Positions 23,424 to 33,108 of a DNA stretch of 64,000 nucleotides are shown one piece after another. Each line of letters begins with the position of its first letter. Position 1 is the stretch's first letter. Made by a program: the position numbers and the translations under genes. The notes under the pieces are model-generated. The model did no database searches. It was not told the DNA's origin and saw nothing but the letters and a program-made list of their open reading frames with translations. This DNA is from Candidatus Eiseniibacteriota bacterium (GTDB taxonomy: Bacteria; Eisenbacteria; RBG-16-71-46), in the NCBI GenBank assembly GCA_041483195.1, contig JBGPFC010000013.1, positions 30,437 to 94,436 on the forward strand. The letters are read 5' to 3'.

Positions 23424-24611
23424 ATGCCCCGCTTCACAGGCGTGGATTTCTACGAGATCGACTCGCTGCTGACCGAGGAGGAGCGCCAGATCCGCGACCA
23501 CGTGCGGGACTGGGTCGAGGAACGCTTTCTCCCGCTGGTCGAGAAGGCCTACGAAGACGCGTACTTCCCAAAGGAGATCATCCCCGAGGTCGCGGAGCTG
23601 GGACTGCTCGGGGCGACCCTGCCGGAGCGCTACGGTTGCGCCGGCGTGAATCCGACGGCATACGGACTCGCGATGCAGGAGCTGGAGCGCGGCGATTCGG
23701 GCCTGCGCTCTTTCGCCTCGGTGCAGGGCTCGCTCGCGATGTACCCGATCTACGAGTACGGATCCGAGGCCCAGCGCACGAAGTGGCTGCCGGGAATGGC
23801 GAAGGGCGAGATCATCGGCTGCTTCGGCCTCACCGAGCCCGACTTCGGCTCGAACCCCGCTGGCATGATCACGCGCGCGGTGCCGCGCGACGGCGGATAC
23901 GTCCTGAACGGCGCGAAGATGTGGATCACGAACGGAACCGTGGCGGATGTCGCGATCGTGTGGGCGCGGCTCAAGGCCGCGGGCGGCGGGCGCGAGGAGA
24001 TTCGCGGCTTCATCGTCGAGAAGGGGACCAGGGGATTCTCGGCGCCCGAACAAAAGCACAAGTACAGCCTGCGTGCTTCGGTCACGAGCGAGCTGATCCT
24101 GGAAGACGTGTTCGTCCCGGAGGAAAACCTGCTGCCCAACGTCACCGGGCTCAAGGGTCCGCTCGGCTGCCTCTCGCAGGCGCGATTCGGCATCGCGTTC
24201 GGGGTGGTGGGCGCTGCGATGGCCTGCTTCCATGCGGCCACCGAGTACAGCAAGAGCCGCGTCCAGTTCGACCGCCCGATCGGGGGCTTCCAGCTGGTGC
24301 AGGGCAAGCTCGCCGACATGCTGACCGAGATCACCAAGGCGCAGCTGCTCAGCATCCAGCTCGGGCGCATGAAGGAACGCGGCACGGTGAAGCCCGAGCA
24401 GATCTCGCTCGCGAAGCGAAACAATTGCGAGATCGCGCTCGAGATCGCGCGCGAATCGCGTGACATCCTGGGCGCCAACGGCATCACGGCCGAATACCCG
24501 GTCATGCGCCACATGTGCAACCTCGAGTCGGTGAAGACCTACGAGGGCACCCACAACATTCACACGCTGGTGCTGGGCGAGTCGATCACCGGGATCGCGG
24601 CCTACCGCTGA
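23424..24611 (+). CDS. gcdH: Acyl-CoA dehydrogenase, glutaryl-CoA dehydrogenase-like
   Basis: ELERGDSGLRSFASVQGSL, GCFGLTEPDFGSNP, KMWITNG, SLRASVT and TYEGT motifs. Confidence 0.85.
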   Translation: MPRFTGVDFYEIDSLLTEEERQIRDHVRDWVEERFLPLVEKAYEDAYFPKEIIPEVAELGLLGATLPERYGCAGVNPTAYGLAMQELERGDSGLRSFASVQGSLAMYPIYEYGSEAQRTKWLPGMAKGEIIGCFGLTEPDFGSNPAGMITRAVPRDGGYVLNGAKMWITNGTVADVAIVWARLKAAGGGREEIRGFIVEKGTRGFSAPEQKHKYSLRASVTSELILEDVFVPEENLLPNVTGLKGPLGCLSQARFGIAFGVVGAAMACFHAATEYSKSRVQFDRPIGGFQLVQGKLADMLTEITKAQLLSIQLGRMKERGTVKPEQISLAKRNNCEIALEIARESRDILGANGITAEYPVMRHMCNLESVKTYEGTHNIHTLVLGESITGIAAYR

Positions 24612-24632
24612 GCGGCCGCGCCGTGGCGGGGG

Positions 24633-27600
24633 TTACGGTGGGCTGCCCAACCGGGCGAGCGCGTCAGAGAGCTCGACGGCATCGGGGTTCGCCTGCAGCC
24701 CGCGCTTGAGCGCTGCGCGCGCGCCCGCAAGGTCGCCGCCGTCGCGAAGCGTGTTCGCCTCCAACAGGTACGCCCGCGCGCGGTGCGGCACCCTGCGCTC
24801 CGTCTCGCGGAAGCGCTCGAGCGCGATCAGCGGCCGCTGGCGGTGGAGCTCGATCGTTCCGGCCACCAGCGCGGCCTCTCCGAGGGCCTCCGGAGTGCCT
24901 ACCGCGCGCGCGCGCTCCAGCGCGGCCTCGGCGCCCGGGAGATCGTCCACGTAATAGCGCCATTCCGCGAGCATCGCCCACGACAGCCAGTCCGCGGGAT
25001 CGATCGAGACCGCCCGCTCCAGCGCGGCGCGCGCAGCGTCGGTCTGTCCGCCGGCATACAGGAATTTCGCCCGCTCGCGCTCGGCCGCCGCGCGGTGGCT
25101 GCGCGCCGCAGCTTGCACCTCCCGGTCGAGGCGCGCGCCGGCGGAATCGAGACCCGCATCGCGCGCCGCCCGCACGACCTGCCGCGCGCGATCGTCCTCG
25201 TCGATCGCCAGCAGCCCGCGCACGCGCCCAACGAACCACGCCCCCGAGGTCCAGGCCGCGAACCTGAGACCCGCGGGTCGCCCGGCCTCGAACGGAACCG
25301 GGCCAGCGACCCGCAGGTTGGCGGCACTCGCGATCCGGCCCACTTCAATCAGATCCCGCGGCGCGCGGTACTCGACCACCGGGCGATCGTCGCGGTTCAG
25401 CGCCGCGCCGCGCGCGAGCGCCTTCAATGAACCGAACGATCCGGCCCAGTAGCCGGCGACCTCTTCCGGTGAGGAGATCCTCGCCCGCTCGAGCAGTCGT
25501 CGCGCCGCGGGCGTGCGAAGCCGTTCGAGCGCGAAGGTGTTGCCGGCGGGCATCGCGATCAGCAGCACGTCGTTCGCGCCCCACACCGAGAACACCTCGC
25601 CATCGGGAAACACCTCGAGGAACGACGCGAGCATCGATGCGAAGGTCTCGGGGGACAACTCGTAGAGCTGCATCCACTGGCAGAACACGCCACGTGGCTC
25701 GAGCCGCGCACGCACGCGCCTGTAGAAATCCACGGTGAACAGATTGTTCACGCCGGCGATCCAGGGGTTCGACGGCTCGGAGACGATCAGCCCGAATCGC
25801 CCGCCGCCGTGCGCGAGGTGGGTGCGCGCATCTCCCAGCACCAGCCGCACGCGCGGATCGTCGAGCGGATGTTCGCCATGCGCGTGGAAGAACCGCGACG
25901 CCTCGACCACCGCCGGCTCGAGCTCCACCACGTCGGTGATCCCGGCCCCGGCCGCGAGGACTCCGCTCGCGGTGATCCCGGACCCCAGGCCGATCACCAG
26001 CGTGCGCGCGCCGGAGTCCGCGCACGCGGCCGGCAGCAATCCGAGCAGCGCCTGGGTCTGCATGTCGGAGGTGCTCGCGTCGACCTTGCCCCCGACGCGC
26101 AGCCAGCGGTCCTTCCCGTCCTCGTTCGAGCCGACCAGGACCGAGGCATTGACCCCCTCGCGATAGAACAGCACGCGCTGCTGCCGCGTCGCGCGGCGCA
26201 CGGTGGGCTCGGCGCCGGGCGTGTATCGCGCGAGCAGTCCCATGTTCATGGCCTGGATCGGACGGAAGAGTCCGGCCGACATCAGCATCGGGTCCCAGCG
26301 CGGCGCGAGGATCACGAGTGCCGCGGCGAGCGCCGCGCCGCCCGCGACGAACGCGAAGCGGGCGGCCTTCCGCGGATGCGGCGCCGTCATCGCGATCGCG
26401 GCGAGACCCACGGCGGCCGAGAGCGCGAGCGCGGCCACGTGCGTGCCCTGCACCCCCCACCTCGGAACCAGCACGAAGCCCGCCGCGAGCGATCCCGCGA
26501 TGGTGCCGAGCGTGTTCATCGCGTACGCGAACCCGGTCGCGTGGCCCCCGTCACGCACCTGGAGCAGCCGCGTCGCCACCGGAAAGACCGCGCCCAGCAT
26601 CGCGCACGGCGCGAGCAGGAGCGCCGCGCACATCGCCACCTCTCCCGCGAACAGGTCGGCCCAGCGGATTCCCGGGCGCTGGGTGAGCGCGAACATCCAC
26701 TCGGGCAATCGCGTGAAGGCGTGGAGCGCGAGCGCGGCCGCGACTGCGAGCGCCACCTGCAGCGACGCGAAGCTGGTGAGCGAGACTCCGCGGCGCAGAG
26801 CCGGCGCGGCGAGCGCGCTCCCCAGCGCGAGACCGGTGAGATACACCGCGAGCACCGCCGAGAACGAGTAGACCGACGAGCCGAACATCAGCCCGAACAA
26901 CCTTACCCACGCGATCTGAAACGCGAGCGCCGCGAACCCCGAGAGCGCGAACAGCGCGGCGAACAGGTGACGCCTCGATCCCGCGAGGGCCGGCGGCTCG
27001 CTCGCCCGCGCGGCCGGCGCGCCGCGTCGCGCGGAACGCTCCCCCGCCGCTTTCGCCCCGCGATCGATCGCGGAACGAGTGGAATCCGCCCCCCCGACCG
27101 GAACCGGCGCCGCCGGCGCGCGGACCCGCCACGCCACCAGCGCCACGGAGGCGTTGAGCGCCGCCGCGACCCACGTGGTGGCCGCGAGTCCGATCGCGGG
27201 GAGCAGCGCGAAGCCGCCCAGCATCGAGCCCGCCACCGCGCCCAGCGTGTTGAGCGCGTACAGCCGCGCGAGCCCCGGCCCCACCCGGTCGCGCTCGAAG
27301 TGTCCGACCAGCACCGGCAGCGTTGCGCCCATCAGCGCTGCGGGCGGCAGCAGCAGCACGACGAGGCCGACGAGGCGGGCGCATCCGAACGCAGCGCCTT
27401 CACCCCCGAACGCGCGGTAGAGCGCTCCGATCGGCGCATCGAGGCCGCGCAGGACCGGGACCGACGCGAGGCCGAGCGCGAGCACTCCCAGCTCGAGCAG
27501 CGCGTAGGTGCGCGGTCCGCGCCCGCGGCGCGCGAGCGGCACGCCGAGCCAGTAGGCGCCGAGCGCGAGGCCGCCGAGGAAAGCGGCCACCACCGTCGCG

Positions 27601-27767
27601 GTCGCCTGCAGCGAATTGCCCAGCAGGTAGCCCAGCTCCTTCGTCCACACGACTTCGTAGAGGAGGCCCGCGACCCCCGAGAGGAAGAAACAGATCGCGC
27701 CCCATGCGGGCAGCACTGCCGCGCCCTTCGGGCGCGGGGATCTTATGGCGCGGCGGGGATCGGTCAT
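24633..27767 (-). CDS. Fused MFS-like membrane domain / spermidine synthase-like domain with C-terminal TPRs
   Basis: LSGVAGLLYEVVW, MGATLP and LYALNTLG repeats; GKVDAS, IGLGSGIT, VELEPAV and SEPSNPW motifs; helical TPR-like tail. Confidence 0.88.
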   Translation of the reverse strand: MTDPRRAIRSPRPKGAAVLPAWGAICFFLSGVAGLLYEVVWTKELGYLLGNSLQATATVVAAFLGGLALGAYWLGVPLARRGRGPRTYALLELGVLALGLASVPVLRGLDAPIGALYRAFGGEGAAFGCARLVGLVVLLLPPAALMGATLPVLVGHFERDRVGPGLARLYALNTLGAVAGSMLGGFALLPAIGLAATTWVAAALNASVALVAWRVRAPAAPVPVGGADSTRSAIDRGAKAAGERSARRGAPAARASEPPALAGSRRHLFAALFALSGFAALAFQIAWVRLFGLMFGSSVYSFSAVLAVYLTGLALGSALAAPALRRGVSLTSFASLQVALAVAAALALHAFTRLPEWMFALTQRPGIRWADLFAGEVAMCAALLLAPCAMLGAVFPVATRLLQVRDGGHATGFAYAMNTLGTIAGSLAAGFVLVPRWGVQGTHVAALALSAAVGLAAIAMTAPHPRKAARFAFVAGGAALAAALVILAPRWDPMLMSAGLFRPIQAMNMGLLARYTPGAEPTVRRATRQQRVLFYREGVNASVLVGSNEDGKDRWLRVGGKVDASTSDMQTQALLGLLPAACADSGARTLVIGLGSGITASGVLAAGAGITDVVELEPAVVEASRFFHAHGEHPLDDPRVRLVLGDARTHLAHGGGRFGLIVSEPSNPWIAGVNNLFTVDFYRRVRARLEPRGVFCQWMQLYELSPETFASMLASFLEVFPDGEVFSVWGANDVLLIAMPAGNTFALERLRTPAARRLLERARISSPEEVAGYWAGSFGSLKALARGAALNRDDRPVVEYRAPRDLIEVGRIASAANLRVAGPVPFEAGRPAGLRFAAWTSGAWFVGRVRGLLAIDEDDRARQVVRAARDAGLDSAGARLDREVQAAARSHRAAAERERAKFLYAGGQTDAARAALERAVSIDPADWLSWAMLAEWRYYVDDLPGAEAALERARAVGTPEALGEAALVAGTIELHRQRPLIALERFRETERRVPHRARAYLLEANTLRDGGDLAGARAALKRGLQANPDAVELSDALARLGSPP

Positions 27768-27982
27768 CGGCGTGAGCGCGGAATCCTATCGGCAATCCGC
27801 GCGAGCCGCCAGCCGCGTCGCCGACTTGTGGGACTCGCCGGGCGCGGGCGATCGCGCCCGGAATTCGCGTCTCGGGAGCCTCAAGCGAGGGGCGCGGGCT
27901 GCCGAAAACTCCGGTGAGCACCCGAAGCTGGCGGCCGCTCGCGTTCCCCCACCGTGAGTTCCTCGAAATGGGTCGGTCCCAC

Positions 27983-28651
27983 ATGCACGTGCGCGATGCT
28001 CTGATGGCCGTTGCGATGATCGTCGCGGCCCCCGCCGTGCACGCCGGGGTGATCCGGGGCACGGTCCGCGTTCCGAGCCTCGGGCAGGGCGGCGCACCGG
28101 CGCCCGATCCGTACGCGGGACGCGCGAGCGCGATGCCCATGGCGCGCAGCGTGCCCCACGGCAGCGTCACGGACGCCGTGGTGTTCGTCGAGAGCGTCTC
28201 GCCAGCTGTCGACTCGGCGCTCGCGGCCTCGGCCCCGCGTCCGCGGCTCGCGCAGAAGGACCAGTCGTTCGTGCCGCGCGTGCTCCCGATCGCGGTGGGA
28301 ACCACCGTCGACTTTCCGAATCTCGACCCGATCTATCACAACGTCTTCAGCCCTTCACCGCTCAAGCGCTTCGACCTGGGCAAGTATCCCCGCGGCCAGT
28401 CGAAGAGCGTGACCTTCGGGCGGCCGGGCGTGGTCAACGTGTACTGCGACATCCACTCCGACATGGAGGCGTTCGTGCTGGTGCTCCCGCATCATGCGTT
28501 CACGCAACCCTCCGCTTCCGGCGCGTTCGAGCTTCCCTCGCTCCCGCCGGGAAGCTACGTGCTGCGCGCGTGGCACCCCGACTTCCACGAGCTGCGGCGC
28601 GAGGTCGAGGTGCCGGCCAACGGCGACGTCTCGGTGGACCTGAGCTTCTGA
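27983..28651 (+). CDS. Exported cupredoxin-like protein with carboxypeptidase-regulatory-like domain
   Basis: Signal peptide; FVPRVL...FPNLDPIYHNVFS and YCDIHSDM (candidate Cu ligands H, C, H, M); start 27968 or 27983. Confidence 0.8.
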   Translation: MHVRDALMAVAMIVAAPAVHAGVIRGTVRVPSLGQGGAPAPDPYAGRASAMPMARSVPHGSVTDAVVFVESVSPAVDSALAASAPRPRLAQKDQSFVPRVLPIAVGTTVDFPNLDPIYHNVFSPSPLKRFDLGKYPRGQSKSVTFGRPGVVNVYCDIHSDMEAFVLVLPHHAFTQPSASGAFELPSLPPGSYVLRAWHPDFHELRREVEVPANGDVSVDLSF

Positions 28652-28653
28652 CC

Positions 28654-30480
28654 ATGCGGTTCCCGCTACGCTGGAAGATCGTGCTCTTCACGGTGCTGCC
28701 GCTGGTCACCCTGACCATCTCCGTGCTGTGGATGGTGAACCGGAGCATCTCCGAGCAGGTCCAGCGCAGCATCCAGGACGATCTCCGCCGTTCGTCCGCC
28801 GTGTTCGAGAACATGCTGGCCTCGCGCGCGCGCGAGCTCGCGATCGAGGGCCAGGTCATCGCGCAGGACCCGAAGTTCTTCTCGATCCTGACGCTGCCGG
28901 GCGGGCACCTCGATCCCCAGGTGCTCGCTACCGTGAGCGGGGTCGCGCGCGATTTCAACACGCTCACCGCGAGCGACGTGTTCGAGGTGCTGGATGCCGA
29001 GGGCCGGCTCATGGCCTCGGTGAGCCGCGAGGTGCTCGCGGATGACGGGCGTCGCGCGCTGTTCGCCGCCGCGCGCTCCGGGCGCCCGGCATCGGGAGTC
29101 GTCGTGGAGCGCGACGCGCACTACCAGGTGGCGATGACGCCGGTGTTCGCGGGCGGGCGCGTGGTCGGCGCGCTCCTGCTCGGCGCGCGCATCGGCGACG
29201 AGCTCGCCGAGCGCCTCGAATCGTTCACCCGCAGCGAGGTCACGTTCCTCGCGGGGGCCACGCCGACGGTCAGCACGCTCGCACACGCCGAAGACCGCGC
29301 GGCGCTGGTGGACGCGATGCCCCGCATCGATGCCGGCCTCGCGACCGGCCCGGCCGCCGGAACGGTGCTCCAGATCCACAGCGGGAGCGACGTCTACCTC
29401 ACCCTCGCCCGCGTCATCCCGCAGACCTCGGCCGGGGCGCGCCAGACCTACGTCATGCAGCGCTCGCTGCGCACCGAGACCGCCTTCCTGCGCGCGATTC
29501 AAACCGCGCTCCTCGAGCTCGGGGTCATCGCGCTGATCGCCGCGCTGCTGGCGGGGGTGCTGATCGCCGAGCGCATCGTCTCGCCGATGCAGAAGCTGGT
29601 GCGGGTCGCCGAGGAGATGGAGCGCGGCAACTACGATTATCCGCTCGAGGTTCACACCCGCGACGAGCTGGGCTACCTCGCGACGCGGTTTCGTGACATG
29701 CGCCAGCAGCAGCGCACCTACGTGAACAGCCTGCAGGAGATCGCGCGACTGAAGAGCGAGTTCATCAGCGTCGCATCGCACGAGCTTCGCACGCCGATCA
29801 GCATCGTCCACGGCTACCAGCAGCTGATGCGCGACGGGTTGCTCGGCCCGGTCACCCCGGATCAGAACGAGGCGCTCCAGGCGATCGGCCGCAGCGTCGC
29901 CGATCTCACACGCATCGCGGAGGACGCGACCCGGATGGCGCAGATCGAGGGAGAGCGCCTGGTGCTCGCCCGCGCGGCGCACGACCCGCGCCGGCTGGTC
30001 GAGGAGGCGGTGCGGACCGCGTTCGCCGAGGCCGCGTCGCGCAGCCTGCGGGTGACGACCCAGGTGGACGCGGCGCTCGACACGATCTGGGTGGACGGAC
30101 CGCGGCTGACGATGGCGATCTCGAACCTGGTGCGAAACGCGGTGCGGTTCACGCCCGACGGCGGCGAGATCGACGTGCGGGTGCGCGGCGCCGGCGACCA
30201 GCTGGAGATCGCGGTGCGCGACACCGGGGTGGGCATCCCACCCGAGAAGCAGCGGCTGGTGTTCGAGCGTTCGTTCGTCATCCGCGACTCGCGCAACCAT
30301 CATTCCTCGGGGGCGCTCGAGTTCAACTCCGGCGGGCTCGGCCTCGGGCTCTCGATCGCATGGGGCATCGTCGCGGCGCACGGAGGCGACATCCGCGTCG
30401 AGAGCGAAGTCGGCCGCGGCAGCACGTTCACGATTCGCCTGCCGCTCGCCGGCGAGCCGGAGATGGAACTGGCGGCGTGA
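28654..30480 (+). CDS. Membrane HAMP-domain sensor histidine kinase
   Basis: Two TM segments, HAMP (RDELGYL), H-box ASHELRTP, N-box NLVRNA, DTGVGI and GLGLGL. Confidence 0.92.
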   Translation: MRFPLRWKIVLFTVLPLVTLTISVLWMVNRSISEQVQRSIQDDLRRSSAVFENMLASRARELAIEGQVIAQDPKFFSILTLPGGHLDPQVLATVSGVARDFNTLTASDVFEVLDAEGRLMASVSREVLADDGRRALFAAARSGRPASGVVVERDAHYQVAMTPVFAGGRVVGALLLGARIGDELAERLESFTRSEVTFLAGATPTVSTLAHAEDRAALVDAMPRIDAGLATGPAAGTVLQIHSGSDVYLTLARVIPQTSAGARQTYVMQRSLRTETAFLRAIQTALLELGVIALIAALLAGVLIAERIVSPMQKLVRVAEEMERGNYDYPLEVHTRDELGYLATRFRDMRQQQRTYVNSLQEIARLKSEFISVASHELRTPISIVHGYQQLMRDGLLGPVTPDQNEALQAIGRSVADLTRIAEDATRMAQIEGERLVLARAAHDPRRLVEEAVRTAFAEAASRSLRVTTQVDAALDTIWVDGPRLTMAISNLVRNAVRFTPDGGEIDVRVRGAGDQLEIAVRDTGVGIPPEKQRLVFERSFVIRDSRNHHSSGALEFNSGGLGLGLSIAWGIVAAHGGDIRVESEVGRGSTFTIRLPLAGEPEMELAA

Positions 30481-30637
30481 GCATCCGAGCGCGCCGGAGC
30501 TGAATCCCCCGCGCGTCCGGGCTTCATCCCGTCGTCGCGTGCCGACCGTTCATCCCCCGCCCGCGACCAACGGTCGCCCTCGCGCTTGGTTCAGGGTGCG
30601 CTCCCCGCCTATGCTGCGCGGCCGAAAGGAGCCCCCC

Positions 30638-31879
30638 ATGCCGCGAGCCGCGAAGCGCGACACCCCGCTGCGAGACTTCCTCAACCTGCTCTGGCGCCAG
30701 CCGCTGATCGCCGTTCCGTTCGCGCTCTTCTTCGGCACCATCTTCGGACGCGGACGGAACGCGTACGTTGGCGCCTACTGGGTCTCGCTCATCTTCGCGT
30801 ATAGCGAGGCCCTGTGCATGTGGGCGCTGACGGAATTCATCCTCCCGCGGCTGCGGGGGCCGAAGGACGGGTCGGGCGGCTCGAGGTGGATGACCCACAC
30901 GATCTGGTACGCGGGGGCGGGTCTGTTCGGCGCCTTCATCGCGGCGGTGATCCTGCACTTCACGCTGATCCCCGGCCTGCTGGGCGACGCGCACGCCGTC
31001 ACCGTGATCCTCATGTTCACCCTGCTGTTCATGGTGCTGTTCTCCGCCGTGTACTTCGCGAATCACTACTACCGAAAGTCGCTCGATCGGGTGCGCGCCG
31101 ACGAAGAGATGAACCTCGCGCGCCGCATCCAGCGCTCCTTCCTGCTCTCGAGCTTCCCCGAGCGGCCGCGCTTCGACGTGCACGCGCTCAACGTCTCGTC
31201 CAAGCAGGTGAGCGGCGACTTCTACGACGTGGTGCCCGCCGGGGACCGCGCGTTCCTGCTGGCGATCGCCGACGTGGCGGGCAAGGGCATGCCGGCCGCC
31301 CTGCTCTCGTCCATGCTGCAGGCCTCGTTGCGCACGCAGGCGAACGGCGAACGCTCGGTCGCGACCATCCTGCGCAACATCAACGCGCTGGTCTACCGCA
31401 GCACGGCGGTCCACCAGTTCGCGACCTTCTTCCTCGCGCGCATCGACGAGGACTCCCTCTCGTTCTCGTTCTCGAACGCCGGGCACAATTACCCGGTGGT
31501 GTTTCGCGAGGGCGGCGCGCGCGAGCTGCTCGTGAAGGGCGGCGTGGTGGTGGGCATCCTCGAGGACGCGACCTTCGAGGAGGAGCGCATGACGCTGGCC
31601 GCGGGCGACCGCCTGGTGTTCTACACCGACGGCGTGACCGAGGCCGCGAACGCGGCCGGCGAGATGTTCGGCGAGGAACGCCTCTACCAGCTGGTGGACG
31701 CCCTGCCGAAGACGCTCCCCGCGCGCGAGGTGACCGAACGCATCCTCGCCGGGGTGCGCGGATTCCTCGACGGCGTCGAGGCCGGCGATGACATCACGCT
31801 CATGGTGATGCGCGTCACCCCGCCGGCCCCCGCCCGCGCGCCGGCCGGCGCGCCGGGCGCGAGCGCCCCGACCGCCTGA
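30638..31879 (+). CDS. Membrane-anchored SpoIIE/PP2C phosphatase
   Basis: About 4 TM helices; SGDFYD, IADVAGKG, NAGH, YTDGV and DDIT motifs; AAGGAG before ATG 30638. Confidence 0.9.
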   Translation: MPRAAKRDTPLRDFLNLLWRQPLIAVPFALFFGTIFGRGRNAYVGAYWVSLIFAYSEALCMWALTEFILPRLRGPKDGSGGSRWMTHTIWYAGAGLFGAFIAAVILHFTLIPGLLGDAHAVTVILMFTLLFMVLFSAVYFANHYYRKSLDRVRADEEMNLARRIQRSFLLSSFPERPRFDVHALNVSSKQVSGDFYDVVPAGDRAFLLAIADVAGKGMPAALLSSMLQASLRTQANGERSVATILRNINALVYRSTAVHQFATFFLARIDEDSLSFSFSNAGHNYPVVFREGGARELLVKGGVVVGILEDATFEEERMTLAAGDRLVFYTDGVTEAANAAGEMFGEERLYQLVDALPKTLPAREVTERILAGVRGFLDGVEAGDDITLMVMRVTPPAPARAPAGAPGASAPTA

Positions 31880-31908
31880 ATCCCGGGCTCCGCCCGCCCG
31901 GGCGGCCG

Positions 31909-31938
31909 ACCGTTCGTCCATCCCGTTCGACCGTTCAT
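31909..31938 (+). promoter_or_regulatory. LytTR-type binding site: 9-bp direct repeats with 12-bp spacer
   Basis: ACCGTTCGT (31909-31917) and ACCGTTCAT (31930-31938) upstream of the LytS-like kinase; matches the LytTR 9-12-9 geometry and the AlgR core CCGTTCGTC. Confidence 0.75.
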
Positions 31939-32001
31939 CGGCTCGCCGTACCCGGCACCGGCCGGGCGGGCGATGCTGTGGGCGAGGAAAGGAGATTCCC
32001 G

Positions 32002-33108
32002 ATGCCCCGCATGCATCCCGCAGTTCGCGCGCTGATCGACGTCGTGTGGCAGATGCCGTTCGTCGCGCTCCCATTCGCGCTGTTCTTCGGCACCCTCTTC
32101 GGCGCGACCGCGCGCGACTACATCCTCGCGTACAAGCTCTCGCTGGTGTTCGGATTCTCGATCTCGCTCGGCCTGTGGGGGGTGAAGCAGTTCGTGCGAC
32201 CGCGCGTGATGCGCCTCGAGGGCGGGCGAACCGGACGCGCGAACTTCCAGATCGGGGTGTGGATCTCGACCGTCTGCATCGTCATGTCGTACCTGGCGGC
32301 CTACATCATCCATCGCACGCTGCTCCCCGGATTCCTCGGCAGCCCGCGGGCGGTCGCGGTGTCCGGCATGTTCACGCTGCTGTTCACCGGCCTGTTCGGC
32401 GGCATCAACTACGCGATCCTGTTCTATCGCCAGGCCGTGGACCGGGCGCGCGCGGTGGAGCAGATCCGCGCCGAGCTGGCGCAGGCCGAGGTGCGCGCGC
32501 TGCGCGCCCAGATCAATCCCCACTTCCTCTTCAACACCCTCAACACGATCGCGGCCCTGATCGCGGAGAACCCGGCCGCCGCCGAAGACATCACGACGCG
32601 GCTCGCCGAGGTGTTCCGCTACACGCTCACCGCCTCGGGACGCGAGCACGCCCGGCTCGGCGACGAGCTGGATTTTCTCCGCAACTACCTCGCGATCGAG
32701 CACGCGCGTTACGAAGACCGGCTGCGCTTCGAGGAGTCGATCGAGCCCGGCCTCGACGCGGCGTTGGTGCCGAGCATGCTGCTCCAGCCGCTGGTCGAGA
32801 ACGCCGTCCGCTACGGCGTCTCGGCGCGCGACGAGGGCGGCACGGTGCGGCTCAGCGCGCGACGCGATGGCTCGCTGCTCGTGATCGAGATCGCGGACGA
32901 CGGGCCCGGCATGCGGCCCGAGGCGGCCGCCTCCGGGAACGGCTTCGGACTTCACTCGGTGCGGGAACGGCTGCGGGTCGCCGGCGCCCCGCACGCGATC
33001 GATATCGACGGCGCCTCGGGACACGGAACCCGGGTGCGCATCACCCTGCCGCTCGCACCTCGCGAGACGGCCACTCTTCCCGAACCTCACGGAGAATCGA
33101 CTTCATGA
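32002..33108 (+). CDS. LytS/YehU-type sensor histidine kinase
   Basis: ALRAQINPHFLFNTLN, YLAIEHARY, LQPLVENAVRYG and GFGLHSVRERL motifs. Confidence 0.93.
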   Translation: MPRMHPAVRALIDVVWQMPFVALPFALFFGTLFGATARDYILAYKLSLVFGFSISLGLWGVKQFVRPRVMRLEGGRTGRANFQIGVWISTVCIVMSYLAAYIIHRTLLPGFLGSPRAVAVSGMFTLLFTGLFGGINYAILFYRQAVDRARAVEQIRAELAQAEVRALRAQINPHFLFNTLNTIAALIAENPAAAEDITTRLAEVFRYTLTASGREHARLGDELDFLRNYLAIEHARYEDRLRFEESIEPGLDAALVPSMLLQPLVENAVRYGVSARDEGGTVRLSARRDGSLLVIEIADDGPGMRPEAAASGNGFGLHSVRERLRVAGAPHAIDIDGASGHGTRVRITLPLAPRETATLPEPHGESTS

